Assembly (NCBI GenBank): GCA_951406725.2 | Contig: OX597837.1 | Location: 12,524,001-12,588,000 of the forward strand | Direction: 5' to 3' | Source: Octopus vulgaris | Lineage: Eukaryota | Length of the DNA stretch: 64,000 nucleotides | Shown here: piece after piece, positions 45,908 through 60,477 of the stretch | Position numbering within the stretch: the stretch's first letter is position 1 | Layout of the letters: every line of letters begins with the position of its first letter | Notes under the pieces: generated by a model | Told to the model about the DNA's origin: nothing | The model's input: the letters and a program-made list of their open reading frames with translations, nothing else | Databases searched by the model: none | Program-made: the position numbers and the translations under genes

Positions 45908-45912
<5 letters not shown>
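45472..45912. repeat. Right-arm-only ~160-bp inverted repeat with a hammerhead (45703-45744 +) in the spacer
   Basis: 45472-45632 is rc of 45752-45912. gctgca-TTGAAAA-gggg caata cccc-GAAA-cgcg-TC-tgtagc. Confidence 0.75.
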
Positions 45913-45960
<48 letters not shown>

Positions 45961-46157
45961 CTCAATATAAGCAACAAGAATATCTTCGGTAATTTGGTAC
46001 GATCGTTTCACGCTACATCATTTTATTAAATATTGTGAGTATTACAACAGTTTTAAAATGTTGAGCAATCATCAGCCATTTATATGGATAACACCATACA
46101 AATTTCTGGTGCATCTAGCTTAAGTACCATATTCATTTGAATCTAAATTTTGCTGAA

Positions 46158-46192
<35 letters not shown>

Positions 46193-46492
46193 CAAGGAAG
46201 AAAATGGGGAAGATATGCAATTGACAAACACCATCAATGAATGAATAAATAAATGCAACTCTACTCTACCAGCTGTTTCTAGCTTAGGGGTACGGTATAC
46301 CAAAGTTGACACATCATACAAAAATTATGCAAAAATTGAACCCCAAAGCTTCATCTGAGAGTCCATTATGGTAAGAACTAAAAAAGTAACAAAGTAAAAA
46401 AGTAAAAGAGTAGAGTCCAACGTTGTATCCAGAAGTTGTGAGATCACGTATGTACACCACATATCTGTAGACCACGTCAAACACTTTAGAAA

Positions 46493-46537
<45 letters not shown>

Positions 46538-46929
46538 ATTTAGTACATTAAACTTACAACTGTACACGAAATATTTATTTGCCTCTGGACGTCTTGGTTA
46601 CTGAACTCCACTGCATAAAGTCCATCTGTCCAAATTATCAGAAATGATGCGAATTCAGTAGCTATGATTTTTTTCAACCTAATATCCACAGGCTAAATCA
46701 ATTAGCGTTTGTTTCTAGTATTAAATTTCACATGTAGGTTGTTGGTGGTTTCTTGCGGTCAACTAATCGGTTAGATCATGAGAAACAGTAAATATCTTAT
46801 TGCTTTTAAAAACTTGATCAATGGGTGTATATACGAAATTAATCATTACTCATTATATGTGTGTCGTGACAACCACGATATTTAAATCCATGTGCATCAT
46901 ATCATTTCCAGTCTAGTTCAATTTCATTC

Positions 46930-47340
46930 AGTTCTATAGTTAAGAGGTGAGGAATTATGTACATTATTTATATTTGATGAATATTTGTCCTCATCTAGTT
47001 TGTTGTTAACACAACGTTTCGGCTGATATACCCTCCAGCTTTCATCAGGTGTCATTGGGAAATTTCGAACCTGGGTTCTCATTCTTAAGGTATTTTTCGA
47101 TGTTGTTGTTGTTGTTGTTCATGTCACTGCCTGGAATCGAAATCGGAATCTTGAGGTTAGTAGCCTGCGCTCTTAACAACTAGGCCATAACATCGAAATA
47201 TACCTTACGAATGAGATCCCAGGTTCGAAATTTCCCCATGACTCCTGATGAAGGCTGGAGGGTATATCACCCGAAACGTTGTGTTAACAACAAACAAGAT
47301 GAGGACAAATATCCGTCGAATGTAAATAATGTAAATAATG
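46930..47340. mobile_element. tRNA-like head flanked by inverted hammerhead modules (47008-47053 -, 47240-47285 +)
   Basis: 46955-47105 and 47188-47335 are inverted copies around the tRNA-like segment 47122-47188. Confidence 0.7.
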
Positions 47341-48169
47341 TTCAATTTCATTGTTGAATACTTCTTCATTGGCATGGTCACGATTACGATACCAGTAACA
47401 AAAAAAACTAATAAAAATTTACAAGAGGCTTCTGAGATAATTCTTTGAAAATTAGACACAAGGCTAGACAGAGAAAGCCCAATACATCGACCCCAGTACA
47501 GTACAGCCATATTGTGCTTTATCTACCCCGAGGGGATAAAACCCATATTTAACCCCGCCTCATCAATAACATACGGACAAACACACTCGTGCTCTCGATC
47601 GTAGCTGCTTCCAACTAGTACGACTGACCGACTGACTACTTGCTACTCTAGCGAGAGTCGGAGTTACTCCCGCTTTTTGCCCGGGCTTCTTTCATTCTTC
47701 CGTCAAAGCCGCCGGCAGCCCCGCGGTGGCCGCCGCCTTCAGAGCGTAAAGATGGACGAAAAATTTGCTGACGATTCTGCCTGCTCGCCACTTTACTGTG
47801 ATATATTATCATACGTAAACTATACGTAAATATTGAGTTCAAATGGTTATTATCCCATGCCACATACCATAATATAAATATCAAGTAGTGTTTAGTTCGT
47901 ATATTGTCAAATCCAAATAGTTGTTATGGACTTACCGTAACCAACGTTTGCAATGAAGAAGCAACATATTCTTTTACGCAAATATTTCCTCGCTAGCAAG
48001 CTAGCTACGAATGTACGGAAACTACCTACCTACCTAGCGACCGACCAACCGACCTATCTATATAAACTCACAGACTTCCACACGTGACTATTTTGCTAAG
48101 AGTCAACGCACGAAACTCTCGCATCATGAGTCATTCGGTTACTTCTGCTAAATATTTATAAAATATACA

Positions 48170-49880
48170 CAAATATAAGAGAGTGACCACTATATGGTCA
48201 ACTCTTGCGCTAAGAATAGATCCGCTATGGTATCAACCACTAAAAAATTGTTTCCAAGGAGAATCAGCACAACATTTCACGTAAACGAGCAGGGCAAATG
48301 AAAAATAACAAAAATGTAGATTAACTCAAGACAATTGTTTCGCTATTAATGTATTATGCAATTTTACTTACATAACATATCCATAGGTCATCAGTAGAAT
48401 TTGTCTTGAATACAATTTATTAAAATATATAAAATATACATATAAACTTATCTTGAGTGAGTATTTTAACTCTTATTTCTAGCAATGTAGGTGCTTCGGT
48501 ATTCTGACCATGTAATTCTATACATTAAATTGTCAAATGCATAGAGAAGGCTACTTCTCATTATGAAAAGTTGCTACTGTTGGGAGCGGATCTTTCTGTC
48601 AGGTATACAACATTTGGTTCTTTTAGTGTCTGTCCTCTTGTTATTATGCAACGTTTGACATTTGTTACAAATATTCATTGATTTGGAATATCATTTGTCC
48701 TTTATGATGGTATGTGTTTGGAAGATCTGGTTCAGCCTGTCGGAATATTTCGGAACATGATTTAAGCCTCAACCTTTTCTGAATTGTTGGTGGAAATGCA
48801 CAGCAAGACTTGTATAAACTTTGTTGTGTTAAGTCCTGTTTGCCACAAAAGTATTAAAATACATATATGCATTCTTTGATAATAATAAGAAAATGTTAAA
48901 AGCAGTTTACAAGAAAGTATTTAAGAAAATATTCAACAAAACGTATTAGGAGTTCAATAAAATCATGTTTATTTGGTTGTATATATTTACATTCACAGAA
49001 AAAGTATTAGGAGTTCAGTGAAAATCATGTTTGTTTGTTTGGTAGTACATATATACACAGAAGGAGATATATTTAAGAGTTTATAAAGAATTCGAGGAGA
49101 AGCAGCCTGTCTTTCTGGCATGTTTTATCTTGTGAGTAGCTAAGGATTGTTTGCACTTTTAAGGGACAATGTGGGAGTTTGGTTGGGGTGGGAGGAAGGA
49201 AAAGCAATGTTGAATTAAAAGGATTTTTTGTCTCTGAGCCAGTCTGTCATGGTTCAGTGGTTTTTGAAAATGGTCTTTAAAGTCAGAATGGTGTGAGTGT
49301 GTGTGTCTCTGTGCACGTCCCTATGTGTGTGTGTATGAGCAACCGTATGTGTGTATGAGGGTGGATATGTATATGTATATGCTTATGTGTTAGATTGTTT
49401 TTGTGTGTCGGAGGTTTGCATTGTTTTTTTGTTTTTGTGTGTGATTTTGTATATCTGTATGTGTTTCTGTGTGTGTTTATTTTGGATGTGTACCTGAGGG
49501 TATGTTAGATTATGTTGAGTTGCGGTCTGTATTTTTGAGTAAGATTATTTTCCCTATTTATTCGTGTTTAGTCAGTGGTGTTGTCCGGGCATTGGTATAG
49601 TGGGAAAACTTTTTGTGTGCACAGAGATCTAAGTGCCCACTAAGTAGTATCTGTCTTGTGGTGGGATCCCTCAACTGTTGGCGGTGAACTGTAATCCTTT
49701 CTCTGAGAGTACGGCTCGCTTGCCCTATGTAATCTTTGTGGCACCCTCCACACATTATGGCATAAAGTAAATTCTTTGATGCGCAAGTGAAGTTATTTTT
49801 TATGACAAAAGTGTGTCCCGACTAGAATTCGTATATTGCCCCTTCAATGAGGTGGACCACATTTTTGACTCACGCAAACA
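48170..49880 (-). mobile_element. Penelope-like relic (mirror of 20900-22645)
   Basis: ORF 49558-49755 carries GIY-YIG motifs; hammerhead at 48325-48399. Confidence 0.85.
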
Positions 49881-50110
49881 TATTTACATGATCAAAGAAA
49901 CAAAACGCCGGTCCAGTAACGGACAGAGTCAACGACTATTGAAGAGCTTGCAAGAGGCGACGAAAATTTTGGAAAACAAATAAGTAAATGAGTGGAAACC
50001 GAAGCGGTGAGTGTGTTAATCAATAAGGCATTGAAACAGAATGGCCCTCCCCTCAGACACACTAAAATAATTACAGAAACTTATAAGTTATACAGTCATG
50101 TGCACCCTTG

Positions 50111-51571
50111 CTAAGATATTACGCTAATATCTATGGTTTTGGGTTTATTAGACGAATCAGTTTCCTCTATACGTGCCCAATCTTGGACTTCTCTGGCCAA
50201 TATCGCAAACACTATTGCACCAGCAACACATACAGCAGCATACAAGGCAAACACTATCTGCCATTCTCGTTGCGTACCGTTTGGGGTGAGAGCTTTTGCA
50301 GACACCGTACCAATACTACCGGCTACTGTTCCAAAAGCGTTGGCAATTCCAAATATAATACCAGCATAACTTGGGGCAATGTCACCGTTGCTCACGATTG
50401 AACCGCCACTAGAAAATGATAGGGTTATACCACTGAAAAACAACATGATAGTTATTACAATGGTTTGATCACATCCGAGGAATCCTATGCCAATCAATAG
50501 ACATGCTGAGCAAATTAGAGCAATGGTTTGGAATAAAACTCGAACAGAACGAGTTGACATATATTTCTTTAAGCGTAAAATATCAGCAAATTTTCCACAC
50601 AATGGTAGAGCAATCGCTTGTCCAAGCGCTGGGGCAGATGACATTAAACCGTTTGAGGTTGCATCAACGTTTAAGGCATCCTTCACATATATTGGTAGCA
50701 ACACTTGGAAGGACAAATCTGTCCAACTATGAGCGAACCAGCCAAAGTTAATGGCCCAAACTGCAGGTGAAGAAAGCAGTTGTCTCCATGGTACATTTTA
50801 AACTACTTTTTCACTCTTCATAGTTCTGTTTAGATAAGAAAGTTCTTCTTTGCTGATAGTGGGGTGGACGTCTGGATTGTCATAAACAACATAAAACCAC
50901 AAACAACTAAACAGCAATGATATCCCACCGAATATATAGAATATCGATCCCCATCTGTTATCAAAGCCATAAACACAAAGAAGACCAGATATTGAAAGAC
51001 ATACAACAGTACCTAAATGTTGGCCACCAAATGCAAACCCAATCAATGAACTAAGTTCGTTTGGAGGGGCCCAACGTCCAAACAAGGACTGAACTGATGG
51101 GAATATCGGTCCTGATACCACTCCTGTTAATATCCTTAGAACAAGCGTAAAATAACCACTAATTCGCGATAAACTTGGGTGAAGAATGGCCAAGATGGAT
51201 GCTAAGAGAAGTGAAATTCCGAGAACTCTTTTTCCACCATATTTATCTGCTAAAATTCCACCCAAAATATTAGTCCCTATATACCCATAGAAATACCCAG
51301 CCAACATGTTTGCTTGTAACGTGTCGCTCCATTCGAATTCTCCATCAAAATTCCGATTTATTGAATCATTACCAAAATCAGAACAATGTTGGTTATCAGC
51401 AGTAACGTTAACGCCCTTAGTTGTAAGATTGCGTGCTTTTAACATGCAGACAAAAGCCATGCTTAGATCAACTCTTAATGTTTGCATCAAAAGAAAAGCA
51501 ATGGCACAGGAATAGCTTAGTCTCCATCGACATGAAAGATAACGCTTAAGATAATTGATAAATCTATTCAT
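50111..51571 (-). pseudogene. Mirror SLC17 copy with in-frame nonsense K258* (TAA at 50800-50798)
   Basis: By-eye comparison with 19215-20678 gives 11 substitutions and one 3-bp deletion; both half-ORFs are in the same frame. Confidence 0.9.
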
Positions 51572-52599
51572 TTTCTATAACTTCGATTCCTACCGATTCT
51601 CACAATATTTTGATTTATTTTCGAAAGTATATTAATTACCGAATTATTTAAGTCTTCAAAAGTCAGCTGCAATTTTAAGAACGTATTTGTTTCTTTTGTT
51701 CAGCTTGATTTCATAAAATAAATTATTCTCGTTTGGTATTAAATGTAGATTAGACTGGATGGATTATGATCACTGGAGATTATGGTGAGGACGTGTTTGG
51801 TGTCTTCATATTTCAGAGAAAGTTGGTACAACGGATTATAGATAAGATTGGACGACTTTTATCAATGAATGTAAAACCATGAATCGATAAACGTTGGTTC
51901 AAATTGTTTCCGTAAATTACTTCTGTTCCCGTTTATTTAGAAATAGGAAACACCACGCAAAGTCAAGTAAACGAAGAAGAAATACGATAAATGTAAAAGT
52001 TCAGAGTTGTGACTAGGATCTGGTATTTTGCTATAATCTGTAACGTTTGGAAAAGGCAGTAATACCGCACTCAACTGTCTACTGTCGATAAAAAGTCTCA
52101 CACGTATTTAAGAAACAGTTGAAAGATATATTCTGAACGACTGTTTATGGTAAGATGTCTGTTCAGTTTTCTGTGGAATTTTGTTAAACAAGATTTCTTG
52201 CAAATCGGAGTCTACTATACAGAATGATAGTAAATTCCTTGAAAACTATGTTTTGCAATGGGATATGTATTATTTGACTTGTTTGATTATTTAGCTGAAT
52301 TATTCTGTTTATTTTCGTTTACAATATAGTTTTGAGTTCAGGTTGAGTAATTCCATATAATCCACAACATATATTTAAAAGGATCCAGGAACTGAAGATC
52401 CAGCTTTAGGAAATATTGTTCAGTGACGAATATCAGTGAAAGTCTGGTGGATAGACTTGGTGAAGTTGAGAAATAAAGTCGTTGGAGTAATTTCTGCGTC
52501 TTATTTACGTTCTTGGTTCAGGCAAGAATTTTCCGGTTCCGCATTTTCTAAATTCTGTGACCCTGCATCGATACAAGAAATCAATAGTAGTTAATATAT

Positions 52600-52820
52600 A
52601 ATTTAAATGGCCAGAAGGCCACATCCTCTCTGGGATGTCGCAGCATGAACAAAAGCATGTAGAGTCATTATTTCAACTTATTAATGAGCTGTGCAGGGAG
52701 CAATTTCTGCTCAGGCCAACCAGGGGAAACAACATTGGACCTATGCTTCACAAATAATGTGGACTTTATCTGTAATGTGAAGGTGGCACCAACGGCATTC
52801 TCAGATCACAACATTGTTGT
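52600..52820 (+). mobile_element. LINE endonuclease fragment (mirror)
   Basis: TTLDLCFTNN...FSDHNIV. Confidence 0.7.
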
Positions 52821-53432
52821 ACGAACTATGTATGCAGTTCTATATTTAAGAGATGAGGAATTATGTACGTTATTTACAATTGACGGATATTTGTCAAGTG
52901 GAAAATAAAAAGAAGCAGCAAATATGCTAGGACACAATGGATTATTATAATAGGTAAAATTAATAATGTAAAAAATTGGAGAGTTGATGGTGTGTCGTTA
53001 ATTTATTTGCAACAAAGTTTGTTTCTAAGATAAAAATACAAATAAACTTTTCAAAACACAATAGAAGACTCAAAATAACTACATATATTTCGATTCTGGC
53101 CCCTACGTAATGCATAATTCGAAGCATTCGGATTAAATCCAAGGTAAAGAATTTAAGCTGACAGGGGTAGAATCTCTTCAGGGTTTTTGTTTTAATAATG
53201 ACGAAGGTTACATCTTTCTTGAAGGAATTCGAATCCACAACTAAAGAAGTTTAAGATGTTATTTCATATATATTGTGTGTATGTATTTGGTTACGCTTTT
53301 ACTTGTTTCAGTCATTTGACTGCGGCCATGCTGGAGCACCGCTTTTAGTCGAGGAAATCGACCCCAGGACTTATTCATTTACGGGGACATAAACACACCA
53401 GCAGCGGTTGTCAAGCGATGTTGATGGGACAA

Positions 53433-53493
<61 letters not shown>

Positions 53494-53729
53494 CATATAT
53501 ACGACGGGCTTCCTTCAGTTTACGTCTACCAAATCCATTCACAAGGCTTTGGTCAGCCCGAGGCTATAGCAGAAGACACTTTCCCAAGGTGCCACGCAGT
53601 GGGAAAGAACCCGGAACCATGTGGTTCGTAAGCAAGCTTCTTACCACACAACCACTCCTGATCCTATATATTAGGTAATAAATCAAATATTTATAAAGCA
53701 AAAATAAATATAAAATAAACTTATTCATA

Positions 53730-53780
<51 letters not shown>

Positions 53781-55609
53781 AATATGAATATTATATGTCA
53801 GGTCACTTTCGAGTGCTACTGGTAACATGTAACACAGTACAACCTGTTGCATGGTGGGGTCGTCGGGGACTAAACCGGCAACCCCACCAAAGTTGCTTGG
53901 TGAGGAGGGTCTTTATTGGACACTCTTTCCTCACTTTAAAAATAAAACCTTCTTGCACAGTCATTGCACGATAACAACATTGATTAAGCTTCGCGCAATG
54001 GCCATACTCGATAACGAGGGGGCAGCCACCATATGAATAATTAAGATATTGTTATATCTTTAAAGGAAAATAATTATGTAATAAAATATAGTAAAGAAAA
54101 TATAGTAAATAAAATGAAATAAAATATATAAATTAGAAAAATACACAATAAATAATAAATGATATACAAACCGGTAGAGTTTTATAATTTCTATTGACTT
54201 GTTAGTCGATACTAATGAATATTCATGTATATGTGTTTATCGAATCATATTTAATCGATTATATGTGTTACTATTTACTCAAATTTGAATATTCTATCCA
54301 TTAATAAATGTGGATCTTTTCGGTTTGAACGGCAGTTTTTTCTAGCGGTGTCATATGAAATTGTCACCCATAATTATGACCCTAGTATCGATCTATTGCA
54401 TTTCAATCAGTTTTAGGGTTAGGATTAGTTAGGGTTAGAGTTAGGGGTGGGGGGAAGGGTATCTTTTTTCTTCTGAAATGTAAATAAACCTAATCTGTTT
54501 CTTAAACGAGGGACATATTCATACGGCACAGAATGTTTTTACCTCAATAGACGTCATCGATTGGTTGAAATTGCAGAAATTGAAGAAAAAAAAAACAAAT
54601 ATCTTACAAACTATAGAATTTTCTCAATAAAGCCATGATAAAAAGATGTTTTATAAACACATTCTACCAGTATCTATCTATAGTATATTTATCTATTTTG
54701 TAATACAACTGGACACACTTAAGTAAAAGAAAATAAATTTATCTTACTTATGCATAATAAATGTTCATAAATTTTTTAAAAACGGTAATATGGTTAATTT
54801 AGGAGAAAATTGGAATTGTATATTAAGGTAAAACATCTAATAGGTTATTAATATAAATATAAAAATGTATGATCATAAATGAACATATATGTATGTGTAT
54901 ATCTATAAAAATAGTATATTAATATTAATGTATTAATCTGCAAATATCTCTAATAATTGCATATATTATTAGGCGTTGTAGTGGCTGTGTGGTCAGTAGC
55001 TTGCTTACCACACAGAGAAAAAGAGACAGAATACTTAGTGCATGGAGACTGAATGTGAGATTTTGGTAGTGAGCAAAAAAATAGACTTACAATTTTACGT
55101 GGAACAATTCTTTTCCGCTGCACATCTGAGTTGACCGGCTCCAATGGATAAGTGCTTGCGTCTAAATTTTTTACAATGGATACAACTGTATGAATTCTTT
55201 GATGAAATCTTTCATTTCTTTAATACTCAATATGCAACATAAAAAGAAAATTATCTGATGTGTACTTGATTCAAATGTGAGATGAGTTTTGCGAAGGTGT
55301 CTTCAATTTCTCGATGTTAACTAAACGGATTCAGCTTGTCAGTGAAAATGAATAAGTGCCTGTTTCTCGCTCTATTTTAAAATGCAGCTGCAGTGATCTG
55401 GTCATTCAGAGCAGATATAAAATCAGGAGAGTAACACGGAGGTTAAAGTCGTGACTATGAGGTGCTTAAGTATATCTCTTTCTTATTTTCACCCTCACCT
55501 GATTAAATTTCTTTTTTCTGAATGAGATTTGCAGTGCATGGTTCGGCCACTAATGAAAACTTTCAAATATATTTGTGACATGATTTTACACGTTACATAT
55601 ATATACATG

Positions 55610-55650
<41 letters not shown>

Positions 55651-55859
55651 AAACACACACAAGCACTCACACACATACACAGAGTTATACATTTTTTTAT
55701 TATGTAGAGAGAGCTGTGAAGTACTCAGACGGACAACCGGATATGTTATATGTATATATATATTATATTATATCATATTACATTATATTATTTTATATTA
55801 TATTATATCATATTATATTTCAAAGGAGAATTTAGACAGGTTCAACAATTGACAATAAT

Positions 55860-56514
55860 AATACTAAACTCACAGTAAACAAATGCAATAATCAAGGACA
55901 ACGTTTCACAGTAAAACACAACTTCACATGCGCATCAGAAAACCTAGTATATGTCTTAACTTGCTCGGGCTGTAATGAACACTACATAGGCCAAACTAAA
56001 AATAGTCTCCGCAAACGCATGACAGTCCACAGATCCCAAATAAGAATACAGGAATACAGAAAAATAGCACTTAATGCACATATTGATACCTATGAGGCAC
56101 AACTTCATCCCAATTTTAGAATCTTTCCCCTCTACTAATTTAAAGACAATGCCACTCATACCCAGCGAATAACCATGGAATCCCACCTTATTAATAGATA
56201 CAGACCACTTCTAAACACATCCCCCTAACACGAACCCACACCTGCACACACTTACACCTGCACACACCCTACACACACTTTTACCCAGATATTAACACCA
56301 TGACACACGCAAATATATGGTTCCACACATACACATAATTTGATACGGGTGCAAAACATCCAACACTATTTTTTGGAAATGACTGTAAATATTGACTTCA
56401 CACAAACACGTTGCTTCCCGATACAGGCACAAAGCCAGCAGAACTATAATTATTGAAAATTGTACCCACACACGCACACATATATACACGCGCGCGCGCC
56501 CCAACATACATATA

Positions 56515-56555
<41 letters not shown>

Positions 56556-57295
56556 ACGCGCACACATACATACATATAGCTCTTCTTGTCCTAAACGAAC
56601 TTACTTATCCAGCTCAAATTCAGTCAAGCGGAAAATACACTTCTTAACTACGCGCTAAAAAGCTAATTAAAATATCCACATGACGTCTACTGACCAGCCT
56701 GAACAATAAGAATTTTCAACAATGCTATTTTCGAAAATTCCATACACCACCCACATCAACATTCATTCTAAACATTCACGTGACGTCTCTATTATGACCA
56801 CATCCACGTGACCTCTTTATTCTGACAAATAAGAATTTTCAACAATGCTATTTTCGAAAATTCCATACACCACCCACATCAACATTCATTCTAAACATTC
56901 ACGTGACTTCTCTATTATGACCACATCCACGTGACCTCTTTATTCTGACAAATAAGAAATTTTAGGCGCGACACTAGCCAAATTTTAACATCTCTGGAGC
57001 CTATTTTCTTACCCCAACACCAACTTTCATTCAAACATTCACGTGACCACTTTATAATGACCAATCAAAATTGTATTGACCATTGACCACAAGAAATTTT
57101 AGGCGCGAAACAAAGCAAATCTTAAACAACTCTTTGTTCACATATAAGAGACAGCAAACGCAACATAAAGTCAGAAAGAGAAAAAAGTCTATCAGAAAGG
57201 AACTCTATCTCTCTTTAAAAAAATCTTTTGATAAGCATAACAAATGCGCAACCGGTAAAAAGAACTTTCACCTAATTAAATACACTCTCCCTTAC
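55860..57295 (+). mobile_element. Penelope-like relic (mirror of 13900-15300)
   Basis: NFTCASENLVYVLTCSGCNEHYIGQTKNSLRKRM; internal deletion and a ~120-bp tandem duplication near 56705-56956. Confidence 0.85.
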
Positions 57296-57779
57296 TGAGA
57301 GTGCACAGGAAAACTTTCATAAAATGAAATTTAATAAGGTGAGAGTGAAAAAAAGAAGCGCAAGTGTCATGACTCTAATCTATCGACTAGCCACCTGTTT
57401 CTATATTCATTCTCACTAATCAGGTTACTGAAACTGCGCATAAGTTACATCGAGAAACAGGAAATTGATGATTTTAATTGTAAAGCTGGATTTAGTATAT
57501 TAGCATCGAGAAACTATTGACACCTTATCAAAATTTATCTCATATTCGAAACCAAAAGAAATGTATGATTTTCCTTTTTATGTTGCCTATTAAGTATCAA
57601 ACAGACAAAAGACTTCACCAAAGAATTCGTACAGTTGTATCCATTGTGAAAAGTTAGACGCGAGTACTTTCTCCACTGGAATCGGGCAATTCAAGAAATA
57701 ACTGCTCCATGTAAAGTTGTGAGTCTATTTCTTTATTCACTAACAAAATCTCCCATTCAATCTCTATCTCTCTCTCTCC

Positions 57780-57822
<43 letters not shown>

Positions 57823-58308
57823 GTTTAAATATTTGTTGTGCAAGATTTTTTATGTGAAGTCGTGTGTTGAAACAGATATTGTTATATTTCGGATATCTCT
57901 ATGTGCGTCTATGTTTATTTAGTGTGTGTGTGGGGGTGATGCCTGTAATATTTGTATCTTCTGGTTATATACATTCTTGTAATTTGTATTTTGTTTTTGT
58001 TGTTGTTGCTTTTGTTCTAATTTTGTTCATGTGTTTACATCCACCCATTATTATCATTACATATGCTTGTATGTATGTATAACAACAATATTAGTAATAA
58101 TAATAATAAATCTAATCGATTTAATAAGGTGAGAGTGAAAAAAAGAAGCGCAAGTGTCATGACTCTAATCTATCGACTAGCCACACACACACTAAATAAA
58201 CATAGACGCACATAGAGATATCAGCATGCGCAAATGAAGACATACAATAGAAATACAAAATGGCTGACGGTTAGTAAGGAGAGACACAAGTAAGTGAGAA
58301 GAAAAAAA

Positions 58309-58353
58309 GGACCACTGATGCGGTCACAGGAGTGTGACGAAAGAACTTTGGCC
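58309..58353 (+). ncRNA. Hammerhead-like motif (core CTGATGC)
   Basis: gacca-CTGATGC-g-gtcac aggagt gtgac-GAAA-gaac-TT-tggcc. Confidence 0.5.
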
Positions 58354-58467
58354 GAAATAAGATTAAGATTAATGTAAAAAATAAATATCACTGAAGCAAA
58401 ATAACACCAAATATATAGTGCGTGTGTTTTTATTGGCTAAACTGGCAATATGACCATTCCGAAATAT

Positions 58468-58508
<41 letters not shown>

Positions 58509-58607
58509 TATACATTTACACTTTATCTTATATTAAACATTTAATACTTTTTGAAAGTTATATAATTTACAAAAATAAAATTAAAAAAATAAAATAAAAT
58601 AAAATAA

Positions 58608-58644
<37 letters not shown>

Positions 58645-58827
58645 TTAAAATCTATAAGTTTAAATTATTTAAATAATTTTTTAAATTTTAAGTTTAATTT
58701 AAACATTTTAATTTGGAATTTTATATTCTTTATATTTATATTTTATATTTTTTTTATTACTTGTATTTTTATGTATTGGCTTATGATTTTCACTGTTTGA
58801 TTTGCCTAATAGTGGTTTTATCTCTAA

Positions 58828-58885
<58 letters not shown>

Positions 58886-58987
58886 TATATACATATATAT
58901 ATACATACATATATACATACATATATACATACATATATATATATGTAAATATATATATATGTACATATATATAAGTATATATATGTG

Positions 58988-59076
<89 letters not shown>

Positions 59077-59169
59077 CATATGTGTGTATATATATATATA
59101 TAAACATATGTATATGTATATATATGTGTGTGTGTGTGTGTGTGTTTGTGTGTGTATATATATAATAGT

Positions 59170-59530
59170 GGAGGCGCAATAGCCCAGTGGTTTGGGCAGC
59201 GGACTCGCGGTCGTAGGGTCGCGGTTTCGATTTCCAGACCTAGCATTGTGAGTCACCTAAAGCTTCACGAGGCTCCGGCAGGGGTGGTGGTGAACCCTGC
59301 TGTACTCTTTCACCACAACTTTCTCTCACTCTTTCTTCCTGTTTCTGTTGTACCTGTATTTCAAAGGGCCACCTTGTCACACTCTGTGTCACGCTGAATC
59401 TCTTCGAGAACTACGTTAAGGGTACACGTGCCTCTGGAGTGCTCAGCCACTTCACGTTAATTCCATGAGCAAGCTGTTCCGTTGATCGTATCAGCTGTGA
59501 CCCTCATCGTCGTAACCGACGGAGTGCTCC
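59170..59530 (+). mobile_element. tRNA-derived SINE (mirror of 9348-9710)
   Basis: tRNA-like head with A/B boxes. Confidence 0.75.
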
Positions 59531-59867
59531 TACTATATAATAGTGTTCCCTTACCAAATATTCTTTTCTTAAATAATAATATAGCTAATAATTGTGATTG
59601 CAGAATTAAAACTAGTTGCTCATTTAAGAATGGATGCAAAAGAAAAAGTGTAATATATCAATGCCGATAAGCCGTTATTACTAACCAATGAGATTTCATC
59701 TAATGCATTTAACGCCACTGAGCGTTAAATGCATTAGAAAAAGCTATCCTAAAGCGGCTCAAGTTTTTTCACTCAACTTATTTTCTTCTAGAATTTTATA
59801 TACTCAAATGGAGCTTCTAAGTTCTGCCTTCAAATTGGCTTAAAAATCTCTGTTGTTACGGTTTTTG

Positions 59868-60153
59868 TACTAATGTTTTGGGTGGAATTTTAGCAGATAA
59901 ATATGGTGGAAAAAGAGTTCTCGGAATTTCACTTCTCTTAGCATCCATCTTGGCCATTCTTCACCCAAGTTTATCGCGAATTAGTGGTTACTTTACGCTT
60001 GTTCTAAGGATATTAACAGGAGTGGTATCAGGACCAATAATCCCATCAGTTCAGTCCTTGTTTGGACGTTGGGCCCCTCCAAACGAATTTAGTTCATTGA
60101 TTGGGTTTGCATTTGGTGGCCAACATTTAGGTACTGTTGTATGTCTTTCAATA
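59868..60153 (+). pseudogene. Internal SLC17 fragment (mirror of 8432-8714)
   Basis: GGILADKYGGKRV...HLGTVVCLSI, then unrelated sequence. Confidence 0.9.
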
Positions 60154-60477
60154 CCAGTTTCTTCAGCAGATCTAGACAAGAATGCTAGAAAATTGACCTC
60201 AACTATTGCTTCATTCTAAAGCTTGAAACCAAAAACAAATAAAAGATGTTCAAACCAAATTTCAGTGGAAATAATAAAAAATATATTATTCACGAAGCAA
60301 TATAGTCTTTACCAACACACAATTTTAGACATCCTATAAAACAGTCAACTGCCAAACAAGGACGGGGACAGACATTTACTATAAACTTAACATTGTATCC
60401 TCCATTACAATTGATGGTACTCAGAACACACCAGAATAAACATCTGTTATAACATAACCAAACGGAATTGAAAAATG

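Noticed and set aside
50790-50805. Frameshift in the mirror SLC17 copy
   Set aside because: Both half-ORFs are in the same frame; the lesion is a single A>T nonsense substitution.
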